A model generated the notes under the pieces. The model saw only the letters and a program-made list of their open reading frames with translations. It made no database searches and was not told where the DNA came from. 64,000 bases of DNA from a virus (Duplodnaviria > Caudoviricetes). A program made the position numbers and the translations under genes. Below are positions 1-8,143 of the stretch, piece by piece. The stretch covers positions 25,592-89,591 of the IMG/VR virus record IMGVR_UViG_3300013901_000013; one strand, written 5' to 3'. Numbering within the stretch: position 1 is the first letter of the stretch; every line of letters begins with the position of its first letter.

Positions 1-28
1 TCCTCTCTTTCTCTCTTTCTTTATACAT

Positions 29-57
29 AGTATAACACATAGGTAGCCACTTGTCAA
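29..57 (-). promoter_or_regulatory. SigA/sigma70-type promoter firing leftward out of the window
   Basis: Reverse strand TTGACA (57-52), 17-nt spacer, TATACT (34-29) with TG extended -10. Confidence 0.8.
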
Positions 58-155
58 GAGGTTTTTGTAATTTTTCTTTGTTAATTTCTTAACAAGCGAG
101 CTACTGGAAACCGCAGTTTTGGTTACGAACTTCGCTCCACGAGAGCATCAAGTCT

Positions 156-184
156 ATTATACCACAGATGTGCGGCGATGTCAA
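156..184 (-). promoter_or_regulatory. Perfect-consensus SigA-type promoter, leftward
   Basis: Reverse strand TTGACA (184-179), 17 nt, TATAAT (161-156). Confidence 0.85.
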
Positions 185-193
185 CAGGTAATA

Positions 194-292
194 TTGCACA
201 AAGATTGACTAGTATTTTTGTGCAAGGTGCTGAAAATATTCTTTGTGCAAAGTGACGAATTTTGGGAAGTGAATTGAAATATTTTTGTGCAA
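194..292. repeat. Four copies of TTTGTGCAA (operator-like array)
   Basis: 194-202 inverted; 217-225, 242-250 and 284-292 direct; each direct copy preceded by a TATT-containing flank; lies between divergent promoters. Confidence 0.7.
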
Positions 293-300
293 CTTTTTGC

Positions 301-330
301 TTGACAAATTGTTGTAGTTCGTGTTATACT
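301..330 (+). promoter_or_regulatory. SigA-type promoter, rightward
   Basis: TTGACA 301-306, 18-nt spacer, TG-n-TATACT 322-330. Confidence 0.75.
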
Positions 331-336
331 TGAAAT

Positions 337-392
337 TCGGGCCTAAGCCTGCGCTCACGGCCCGAGGATTTGACGAGCGCGTCATTACTTTT
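337..392 (+). ncRNA. Candidate small structured RNA (H-type pseudoknot)
   Basis: TCGGGCC 337-343 pairs with GGCCCGA 359-365; loop GCGCTC 351-356 pairs with GAGCGC 375-380; begins 7 nt after the -10 box; followed by a T-rich tract. Confidence 0.45.
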
Positions 393-518
393 TATGTATT
401 TTTCTCAGATAAAATTGAAATGAAAATGGACTTGAGGTTTCTTTTACCCGGGGGTATATTTCGTGAAAAAAATTTTTTTAAAATCGAAAATCGTTTTGCT
501 CTGGACAAAACTCTTTTC

Positions 519-573
519 AAAGCCATTTTGGATTTCAGATTACGAGAAAAAGCCATTTTGGATTTCAGATTAC
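519..573. repeat. Two 25-bp direct repeats (AAAGCCATTTTGGATTTCAGATTAC), 30-bp period
   Basis: Identical copies at 519-543 and 549-573. Confidence 0.9.
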
Positions 574-593
574 TGATTCTTAAATCCATTTTA

Positions 594-887
594 TCAATCT
601 TTGACAGGGCTTGGGTTAGTAGCTCCCTCAACGCACCTTAAATCTTCCACGTCTTTATCTAATTCATCAATATGTTCTTTAACCCACTCAGTTAATTTTA
701 AATATCCAGCATCATTAATCTCAGTAGAAAAACCCCTAAAATCAGTTCGCGCAGGAACACCCACATTAATATTTCCATCATCATCTTGTTCCACAAGCAA
801 GCACCATCCAAAAGCGTGTAAAAATAAATTTGTATACCAAAGCAATCCACTATCTTTAAATTCTTTCCAATCTTTAATTTCTACCAT
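594..887 (-). CDS. Hypothetical phage protein (97 aa)
   Basis: ORF with AAGGAG RBS and natural composition; last gene of the leftward operon. Confidence 0.75.
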   Translation of the reverse strand: MVEIKDWKEFKDSGLLWYTNLFLHAFGWCLLVEQDDDGNINVGVPARTDFRGFSTEINDAGYLKLTEWVKEHIDELDKDVEDLRCVEGATNPSPVKD

Positions 888-901
888 AATTATCTCCTTT
901 A

Positions 902-943
902 TAGGAAAAGGAGAAACGCATTCGCATCTCTCCCATTTTCCTT
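902..943 (-). terminator. Long hairpin immediately upstream of the 594-887 RBS (terminator or 5'-UTR structure)
   Basis: Imperfect inverted repeat AGGAAAA-GGAGA...TCTCC-TTTTCCT. Confidence 0.45.
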
Positions 944-1034
944 AATTTTTATATAACATTAAAGCATTTTCTTCGTTTTCGTTATCAGTAATTTCTCAGT
1001 AAAAATAACACAATAAGTGGAACAATAATTCCAA

Positions 1035-1262
1035 TCATTCTTTATTCTCCTTTACCTCAAATCCCAACAGTAACTTAAACATTTTTCTTTGTAACCAATT
1101 AAATTTCTTATTGCATGGTAAAATAAAAAATTCTCTTCCATTATCATCTACCAATACAATTTTATATGGTGTGGGTTTCGGTTGATATACCTTACAGCTG
1201 TACGGCGAACTCAGTATCTCCTGCGGTTTTACCTTTATTTTTTCTATTATCTCTTTTTGCAT
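1035..1262 (-). CDS. Hypothetical protein (75 aa)
   Basis: ORF within the co-oriented operon, GAGG upstream of ATG. Confidence 0.6.
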   Translation of the reverse strand: MQKEIIEKIKVKPQEILSSPYSCKVYQPKPTPYKIVLVDDNGREFFILPCNKKFNWLQRKMFKLLLGFEVKENKE

Positions 1263-1362
1263 CCTCAGCCTCTTTCTTCATCTGATAATCAAGTTTTGCC
1301 ATGCGGCTTCTCATAATCTGAAATTCTGTTCTTTTTGCTTTCTTACTTTTATTTTTGCCCAT
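1192..1362 (-). CDS. Small basic hypothetical protein (56 aa, MGKNKSKKAKRTEFQIMRSRMAKLDYQMKKEAEDAK...), below the ORF-track cutoff
   Basis: AAGGAG RBS before ATG at 1362; overlaps both neighbouring genes. Confidence 0.5.
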   Translation of the reverse strand: MGKNKSKKAKRTEFQIMRSRMAKLDYQMKKEAEDAKRDNRKNKGKTAGDTEFAVQL

Positions 1363-1600
1363 TCTTTTTATTCTCCTTAATTTCTTTTAATTCTTTTTCA
1401 ACTGACTCTAAAAGTCTAATTGCGGATTCATCATCCAAATAATCACTAACATTTATCGTATTTGGAATTGCAATAACATGTTTGTCAGGAAATACTTCTG
1501 AGACATGTTTAAATACTCCATAAACTTCATCTATATCATTTTCACCAAGAGTATAAGTGATTATTATAAAATCTTTTCTCTCTTCCGTCTTAATTTTCAT
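1349..1600 (-). CDS. Hypothetical protein (83 aa)
   Basis: ORF with ATGA-type 4-nt overlap with the upstream gene. Confidence 0.7.
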   Translation of the reverse strand: MKIKTEERKDFIIITYTLGENDIDEVYGVFKHVSEVFPDKHVIAIPNTINVSDYLDDESAIRLLESVEKELKEIKENKKNGQK

Positions 1601-1896
1601 CTTATAATCACCGTACCATGTTTTCCCTCTCTTTTCAGCTTCTCCAAAACTGGATGGCGCAAATTTTTTTCATTCATAAATACAATGGCGAAATCAAGTT
1701 CCTTAATATAATCATTAAATGCGCCGAAAAAATATCTTTTGCCGGAGCCGTTATTTTCTGCCCATTTATCTCCCAAAGAATTGGGAGAGCACACAATGTT
1801 AAATAAATATGTTCCCTTTATTTCAATAAGCTCATTCAACTTCTTATCTAAAAGGTCATAATCATCAAGTGTGCCTCCAATTATTCCTACATTCAT
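1597..1896 (-). CDS. Possible SLOG-superfamily (YspA/DUF2493-like) protein
   Basis: N-terminal hhIhGG strand followed by DYDLLDKKLNEL helix and GDKWAENNG motif; translationally coupled to the Thg1-like gene. Confidence 0.45.
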   Translation of the reverse strand: MNVGIIGGTLDDYDLLDKKLNELIEIKGTYLFNIVCSPNSLGDKWAENNGSGKRYFFGAFNDYIKELDFAIVFMNEKNLRHPVLEKLKREGKHGTVIIR

Positions 1897-2762
1897 GCGG
1901 TTGGCTCAATAAAAATTAATTTATCAATATAATCTCTATCTGCGCCTTTAAAAATAGGAATTTCGTAATCAATCTTCCATTTGCGGCGAACAATTATTTT
2001 TTCTCCAATTTGTTCTCCAAAATAAACATTTGGTTCTTTAATTGTCTCCCGCTCTTCAGTTTTAATACAACAACATCCTCTTTTTTCTGGAATTGAATAA
2101 TCATTCCAATTAATGCCTTTTTCCTGAAAAAGCATTTCCTGTATATCTTCACAAGTCTTGTGGTCAAGACGCCCCTGACTGAAGTTTGCCTGTCCCACCA
2201 TCTGAATACTGTTGCGCGTCGCGTCTAACTGCCGCCAATAAATAAGATTTGTTACTTCCTCTTTTGGAATATTAAAACATCTTGCATCAAAGCAAGCTCC
2301 CTGCCGCATGGCTCTTCTTAAATTATTAGCGTATTTTTCGCCATCAGTAGTAAGAATAAAACCTGTGCGGTCAAGGTATCCAATATGACTATTGGCATAC
2401 ATCTCAAATGCGCGGTTAAAAGCCATAGTTGCCATACTTGCGGCTACAGATGTCATCTTCTGGACCTGATAATCAAACCAGGCATCAGTACGAAAAGTCT
2501 GATAGTCTACAAGAATTAATGTAATTTCATCTGACTGAGTATATCCAAGAACACAGCCCTGAATATTCTCACAAAGATACTGCATTGTATCTGCCATTGA
2601 ATTCATAAGTACCTTATCAAAAGGCTTTTTAAATCCACGAGTAAATGTATGAAAAGCTTTTCCATCAATGCGGATAGCTACTGGCATGCGGCGAAGTAGC
2701 TGAGTTCTTGCAGGTTTTTCATAAAGCTCTTTCATTCTGATACCAAGTTCACTATTATCCAT
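1893..2762 (-). CDS. thg1: tRNA(His) guanylyltransferase Thg1-like protein (3'-5' polymerase)
   Basis: Hallmark motifs RIDGKAFHTFT, YTQSDEITL, FDARCF and WRQLDATRNSI. Confidence 0.93.
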   Translation of the reverse strand: MDNSELGIRMKELYEKPARTQLLRRMPVAIRIDGKAFHTFTRGFKKPFDKVLMNSMADTMQYLCENIQGCVLGYTQSDEITLILVDYQTFRTDAWFDYQVQKMTSVAASMATMAFNRAFEMYANSHIGYLDRTGFILTTDGEKYANNLRRAMRQGACFDARCFNIPKEEVTNLIYWRQLDATRNSIQMVGQANFSQGRLDHKTCEDIQEMLFQEKGINWNDYSIPEKRGCCCIKTEERETIKEPNVYFGEQIGEKIIVRRKWKIDYEIPIFKGADRDYIDKLIFIEPTA

Positions 2763-2804
2763 TTCTTTTTCCTTTTCTTTATTATTTATTTTATATATAT
2801 ATAT

Positions 2805-2833
2805 ATTATAATTTAATTTTTAAATTTTGTCCA
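2805..2833 (-). promoter_or_regulatory. Promoter upstream of the Thg1-like gene
   Basis: Reverse strand TGGACA (2833-2828), 17 nt, TATAAT (2810-2805). Confidence 0.6.
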
Positions 2834-3135
2834 TTTTGGTCTTTTACTGTAACTTCTGTGCGGTTTTCAGTAAGATTTGTTTCTTTTAAAAACCAATGCC
2901 ATACATAAGGTTTCTCAATGGTAGTTCCAATATATTGGGTATTTTGTAACACTTTTTCAGGAATCGGCTGTCCAGTTCCAATAGGGTTTACAAAAAAACT
3001 TCTTATCGGAGCAGAAGTATCAGTTAATGCCCAAAGATAAGTACGTCCTTGAATTGCTTTTACTTCAAGAAATTGTACAAGTGGTAGTTCAAGAACTCCA
3101 ATATCATTTAAACAATATTTAAGAATTCTTTTCAT
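2806..3135 (-). CDS. Hypothetical phage protein (about 109 aa; start reassigned to ATG 3135)
   Basis: GGAGG RBS precedes ATG at 3135 (MKRILKY...), not the track start at 3201. Confidence 0.7.
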   Translation of the reverse strand: MKRILKYCLNDIGVLELPLVQFLEVKAIQGRTYLWALTDTSAPIRSFFVNPIGTGQPIPEKVLQNTQYIGTTIEKPYVWHWFLKETNLTENRTEVTVKDQNGQNLKIKL

Positions 3136-3385
3136 TAATTTTATCCTCCAGCTCATCTGGAATATCTGCGCCGAGCTCTTCAAGTATTGATTTTGCAGCA
3201 AGATATTTTGGGTCTACACCATCTGCTACAGAAAGTGCGATATACATTTTTCCATCTAAATCAAAAGTAAAGAATTCAAGTTCTTCATTGTCACGCATAA
3301 ACATTCTATCTCTTAAACCTTTTGGAAGTGTAATTCTTCCAAGTGAATCTAATCTTCTTCTTGCATTTTCTGGTCTTAATAACAT
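3119..3385 (-). CDS. AbrB/MazE/SpoVT-family transcriptional regulator
   Basis: RRLDSLGRITLPKGLRDRM matches the AbrB swapped-hairpin signature RxhDxLGRhxhPxxhR. Confidence 0.85.
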   Translation of the reverse strand: MLLRPENARRRLDSLGRITLPKGLRDRMFMRDNEELEFFTFDLDGKMYIALSVADGVDPKYLAAKSILEELGADIPDELEDKINEKNS

Positions 3386-3399
3386 CTTATTTTATCTCC

Positions 3400-3633
3400 T
3401 TAATTAAATTTAATATTATCATCGTCGCTACCATCCCAATTATCACCCATTAAAAGGTCTAAAGCCCATGTGGCAATATTTGAAATGAAAAATGCGGGAG
3501 CTGTTACTAAAAATATTATAAGTACAATGAACATTTCTGCCCAATCTAATTGATACAGCGAATCCGCAGATTGAATAGCTAAAGATAAAAACATAAGCAT
3601 CCACAAGACATAAATAATTATACTTAAAATCAT
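3400..3633 (-). CDS. Small membrane protein with two hydrophobic helices
   Basis: Two long hydrophobic stretches and an acidic tail; GAGG RBS. Confidence 0.75.
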   Translation of the reverse strand: MILSIIIYVLWMLMFLSLAIQSADSLYQLDWAEMFIVLIIFLVTAPAFFISNIATWALDLLMGDNWDGSDDDNIKFN

Positions 3634-3671
3634 ATTTCTATCCTCTTTATTTTTACCTTTAATTTACTAAT

Positions 3672-3734
3672 ATAATATCAAAAAATTTTAATGTTGTCAA
3701 TGGATTTGACTTTGTCCAAGTTTTGCGATATAAT
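3672..3734. promoter_or_regulatory. Back-to-back divergent SigA-type promoters
   Basis: Minus: TTGACA (3700-3695)-17-TATTAT. Plus: TTGACT (3706-3711)-17-TATAAT (3729-3734). Confidence 0.8.
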
Positions 3735-3757
3735 GTTCTTAATACTGGAGGTAAATT

Positions 3758-4816
3758 ATGATTAAATTAGATTACACTATACAATCTCCAGAAGAAAGAA
3801 ATGAGTTAGTAAAGAAAATTTTAGAAGAAACTCCTGAGCCTAGTGAGCGATATTTAGAAATTTTAGCAGACTATCTCGTTCTTTGTATGGAGAAACAAGA
3901 AAAGAAACAAAAACAAATCTTGACAGAAAATCGTATGACTACTGTTAATAAAAGAGAAACTTCTTATGAGGGTCTTGTTTCCCAATTAGAAAATGGCGAA
4001 GATGGTATCTATAATTTAATAAACGAAAGTAAAACTACAATATTTCAACCAAAAGTGACAATAACAAAAAAAGATTTAGAAGAAATACCTTATTTAAGAC
4101 AATTACGTGATGCTATTAATAACTGGGAAATGAAACTTAAAAAGGCGCAAGGACGTGATGCCTATATAATTAAAAAGGCGTTGATTGAAATGCGGAAAGA
4201 CCAATATGTAATAAAAAATGCTTACCGCAAACCAATCATATTCAATAAAATCAGTCGTTCTAATTTTGCTTCTAGATTAGTTGAAGGTTTTACTTTAGAC
4301 GAAAATAATTATATCGTCCCTAGTGGAGTTTCTTTATGCGACCCAGCAGTTTGTTCATTAATTCTTTGTAATTATTCTCAACTAAAAGAGGAAGGCTGGG
4401 GAAGATTTGAAGGTGACTTATGGTATCTTATGGAATCATTTGATAATGTCGCTACAGAAGCATTACAAGAATTTCCTTTATATGAAGAAATTGTTAAATG
4501 TAAAATAGATGGATTGCAGAATATAGAAATTCAAAAAATTTTAAAACAAAAATATAATACTACGCATAGTTTAGAATATATTTCGAGTTTGTGGCGTAAA
4601 AAAATTCCTAATCTTATCGCTTCTAAGGCAGAAGATATAGAATTGAGTTGGTATTTTTTGAATACTGAAAGAGGCAAATATAAAAGATGCAGTCGATGCG
4701 GGAAGATTAAACTCGCACATAATAAATACTTTAGCAAAAATAAAACTAGCAAAGATGGTTGGTATTCTATTTGCAAAGAATGTAGAAATAAAAAAAATAA
4801 GGACAAAAAGAAATAA
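3758..4816 (+). CDS. Putative DNA-binding regulator with HTH-like segment and C-terminal Zn finger
   Basis: IVKCKIDGLQNIEIQKIL...YISSLWRKKI resembles a sigma region 4/LuxR HTH; CSRC...CKEC Zn finger; first gene of the late module. Confidence 0.5.
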   Translation: MIKLDYTIQSPEERNELVKKILEETPEPSERYLEILADYLVLCMEKQEKKQKQILTENRMTTVNKRETSYEGLVSQLENGEDGIYNLINESKTTIFQPKVTITKKDLEEIPYLRQLRDAINNWEMKLKKAQGRDAYIIKKALIEMRKDQYVIKNAYRKPIIFNKISRSNFASRLVEGFTLDENNYIVPSGVSLCDPAVCSLILCNYSQLKEEGWGRFEGDLWYLMESFDNVATEALQEFPLYEEIVKCKIDGLQNIEIQKILKQKYNTTHSLEYISSLWRKKIPNLIASKAEDIELSWYFLNTERGKYKRCSRCGKIKLAHNKYFSKNKTSKDGWYSICKECRNKKNKDKKK

Positions 4817-4860
4817 TAAGATTCAGGTTTTCTTTATCCTTTATAAAGGAGGTATGATTT

Positions 4861-6063
4861 ATGGCAGCAAATAATAATGATACATTTTTCTGCGATAAAT
4901 GCCAGCGTACCATGAGAGGAACTGAATTTTATGGTTCTAATAATTTAGAGAAATATCCAGAAGGCAAATTGCATCAATGCAAAAAATGCCTTACAATGCA
5001 TGTAGATAATTGGGATTCTAGCACATATATGTGGATATTAGAAGAATGTGATGTTCCTTATATTCCAGAAGAATGGAATAAATTATTACAAAAATATGCT
5101 GGTGAAGGCAAGACGATGACAGGTACAACTATTATTGGTCGTTATCTTGCTAAAATGAAATTAAAACAATTTAGAGATTATCGTTTCAAAGATACAGAAT
5201 TTCTTCAGCAAATGGCAGACCACAAGATGGAAGAAACTATGAAGCGACAAGGATACGAAGCCGCGGAAATAGCTAAAGTTATTGAGCAAAGTCATGTATC
5301 TGCACCAGAAAGACCAACTATAGCCATTCCAGAAACACCTGAAGTTCCACAAGATTCTTTTGGAGTTGATGATTATTTTGCAGAGCAAAACGCAGAATAT
5401 GATATTGACATTGCGGCAGACCTCACGGATGATGATAAACGTTATTTATTACTTAAATGGGGTAAATCTTACACACCAGAAGAATGGGTTAAACTTGAAC
5501 AGCTCTATAATGAAATGATGCAATCTTATGATATTCAATCCGCAGGTCATATTGACAACTTGAAACTTTTGTGCAAAACCTCACTAAAATCTAATCAGCT
5601 TTTGGATATTGGTGATGTTGATGGTGCGCAAAAGATGCTTCGTATGTATGATTCACTTATGAAATCAGGTAAATTTACTGCGGCGCAAAATAAAGCTGAA
5701 TCTGGCGAATATGTAGATTCTATTTCAGAACTTGTAGCTATTTGCGAAAAAGAAGGATTTATACCTAGATATTATATTGACCAACCAGGAGATAGGGTAG
5801 ATGAAACAATCGCAGACTTAAAAGGCTATACTCGTTCTCTTGTTGTAGATGAAATGAATTTAGGTAACTTAATTGAGAGTGCGGTTAAGACTATGGCGCG
5901 TGAAGAGGCTAAAGAAGAAGATGAAGATATCGAAGATGAGATTCTTAGTCTTGAAGATGTTGACCAAATTAAAGATGAAGATTTTGAAGAATTTAATGAA
6001 TTTGAAGAAGATGAAGAAAAAGCTTCTGAGGAAGTAATGAAAGAGTATCTCGAGGAGGAGTAA
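4861..6063 (+). CDS. Zn-finger protein, putative terminase small subunit (positional call)
   Basis: CDKC...CKKC N-terminus, acidic C-terminus, directly upstream of terL. Confidence 0.4.
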   Translation: MAANNNDTFFCDKCQRTMRGTEFYGSNNLEKYPEGKLHQCKKCLTMHVDNWDSSTYMWILEECDVPYIPEEWNKLLQKYAGEGKTMTGTTIIGRYLAKMKLKQFRDYRFKDTEFLQQMADHKMEETMKRQGYEAAEIAKVIEQSHVSAPERPTIAIPETPEVPQDSFGVDDYFAEQNAEYDIDIAADLTDDDKRYLLLKWGKSYTPEEWVKLEQLYNEMMQSYDIQSAGHIDNLKLLCKTSLKSNQLLDIGDVDGAQKMLRMYDSLMKSGKFTAAQNKAESGEYVDSISELVAICEKEGFIPRYYIDQPGDRVDETIADLKGYTRSLVVDEMNLGNLIESAVKTMAREEAKEEDEDIEDEILSLEDVDQIKDEDFEEFNEFEEDEEKASEEVMKEYLEEE

Positions 6064-6067
6064 ATAA

Positions 6068-8058
6068 ATGGCATTACAAGATTTATTAGCTCTTTCTCAG
6101 TCTCGAGATAAGATTGGCTTATCCGAGGAACGTGTCAATGCTATTATTCCAGTAGCAAGACAATACATAAGTTTCTGGAGAGAATATCCAGATATTTTCA
6201 TTGACTTCTTATTAAAAGACCGCAATCCGCAGAATTTTAAGTTTTTCTTTTATCAAAGAGTATTCTTGCGGATTTGTATGCGTCATCAATATGTGTACGC
6301 GGTTTTCCCACGTGCATATTCAAAATCTTTCTTATCTATGATGGTATTAATGTGCCGTTGCGTATTATATCCTGGATGTAAACTATTCGTTACATCTGGC
6401 GGTAAAGAGCAGGCTGCGGCAATTGTAAAAGAAAAAGTTCAAGAGATTTGTACACTGATACCCGCATTTAAAAATGAAATCGACTGGAATCGTGGTGTAA
6501 CTCTTGAAGGTAAAGATTATTGTAAGTATGTATTTAAAAATGGTTCATACTTTGATAATATTGCGGCTAGGGAGAGCTCCCGTGGTAAGCGTCGTCATGG
6601 TGGACTTATAGAGGAATGTGTAGGTGTTGATGGACAAATTTTAAGTGAAGTAATAATCCCTAGATTTTGGGGCCTAGCAGCGTGAGCTGTTAGCGCAAAC
6701 GAGGTGAACCCGTGGTAAAGGGGTGTCTATTTTAAGTAGGCTAACGGGGAAGAGTCAAGAATCCCGTGCCAAGCCTAATTATATTAATTAGGAAGGTGTA
6801 GAGACTATCGGTGATGAGTGTAGCCGAGTAGGAGAAGAGTTTACCATTTCTTCCAAGCGCCTCGCAACTATTAACTTAGTTGATGATATAGTCCAAGAGG
6901 AAATTGAATAATTTTCTCTTGACAATGAACATTTCCCGTATGTGTATGGATGGGTCAACCCATCCAGAGGAGCAGCTCAATAAAAGCCAGGTTTATATTA
7001 CAACCGCAGGTTATAAGAATACATATCCTTATGATAAGCTTATTCAGCTTTTAGTGTGGCAAATAGTTAAACCAGAAAAATCAATGATAATGGGTGGTAC
7101 TTATCGTATCCCTGTATTGGTTAAATTGCTTGATAAAAACTTTATCAAAGACTTAAAAATGGATGGTACTTTCAATGAAAGTTCCTTTGCTCGTGAATAT
7201 GAATCCGTTTGGTCTGGTACTATTGAAGATGCCTTCTTTAGTTCTGAAGCATTTGACCGCAATAGAATTCTTAAACAGCCAGAAAAAGAAGCATCTGGTC
7301 GTTCAAGCAAAAATGCCTATTACATACTATCTATGGATGTTGGTCGTAAAGGTTGTGATTCTGTAGTATGCGTAATTAAAGTAACTCCACGTTCTCAGGA
7401 TGTATCTATGAAGCAGTTAGTTAATATTTATACATTCCATGATGACCATTTTGAAGACCAAGCTATTAAAGTAAAACGTTTATTTTATAGATACAAAGCC
7501 CGCAGATTAGTTATTGATGCTAATGGTATTGGTATTGGACTTATGGATTATTTGGTCAAATCTCAAATTGACCCAGACACTAATGAATTTTTTGCGGATT
7601 TTGGTGTTTATAATGATGAAGAAAAATTTTATAAGAAGTTCCAAACTGTTGATTGTGAACAAGATGCGATATATATGATAAAAGCGAATGCACCTATAAA
7701 TACAGAAGCGCATGCTAATATGCAATCACAGCTTTCTTCTGGTAAAATTAAATTCCTTGAGGATGAACGTATTGCAAAAACTAAATTACTTGGTACTAAA
7801 ATTGGACAAACCATGACTCCAGAAAAACGTGCTGAATATTTAAGACCTTTCACATTAACTTCTATCCTTAAAGAAGAACTTATGAATCTTCGAGAAGAAA
7901 ATGAGGGTGTTAATATTATCCTTAAACAAGCTAATAGAGCAATCAAAAAGGATAAATTCTCAGCTCTTGAATATGGTTTATATTATATAAAAACAGAAGA
8001 AGATTCTAAAAAAAAGAAAAAACGTTTTGTTGCAAGCGAATGGAAATTCTTTAATTAA
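6068..8058 (+). CDS. terL: Terminase large subunit, spliced (exon 1 6068-6661, exon 2 6922-8058; 576 aa)
   Basis: Walker A-like PRAYSKS, Walker B-like GGLIEE and RNase H-like LSMDVG...KKDKFSA motifs; removing the intron gives a continuous EVIIP|TMNISR reading frame. Confidence 0.92.
6662..6921 (+). ncRNA. Group I self-splicing intron (IA-like, no internal ORF) in terL
   Basis: P1 with U6661-G6669 wobble; P2 with GTGA loop; P3 CGAGGTG/CGCCTCG; P4 ACGGG/CCCGT; P6a; P7 GACTA/TAGTC; extra helices between P7 and P3'; P8; P9; terminal G6921. Confidence 0.92.
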
Positions 8059-8082
8059 GATAAAAGTGTTGGGTAAAATATG

Positions 8083-8123
8083 TTTATTGCTACTATTAAT
8101 TTTTCAGTAATAGTAGCAATAAA
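8083..8123. repeat. Perfect 16-bp inverted repeat
   Basis: TTTATTGCTACTATTA-9 nt-TAATAGTAGCAATAAA. Confidence 0.85.
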
Positions 8124-8143
8124 ATGCGAAAGGAGGATAATGG

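Noticed and set aside
253-259. TGACGAA matches the Spo0A box TGNCGAA
   Set aside because: A single degenerate 7-mer is expected by chance; not sufficient evidence.
519-573. Possible CRISPR mini-array
   Set aside because: Only two repeats separated by 5 bp; no spacer-length insert and no cas genes.
392-631. 79-aa - strand ORF with duplicated NLKSKMA
   Set aside because: TTG start with a poorly spaced RBS; the peptide repeat simply mirrors the DNA repeat; not supported as a gene.
321-641. 106-aa + strand ORF
   Set aside because: Starts inside the promoter with no RBS and runs through the structured RNA and low-complexity repeats; likely spurious.
6068-6685. Separate 205-aa and 384-aa terminase genes, or a pseudogene/intein
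   Set aside because: Fully explained by the group I intron; the 6904 TTG start lies inside intron helix P9.
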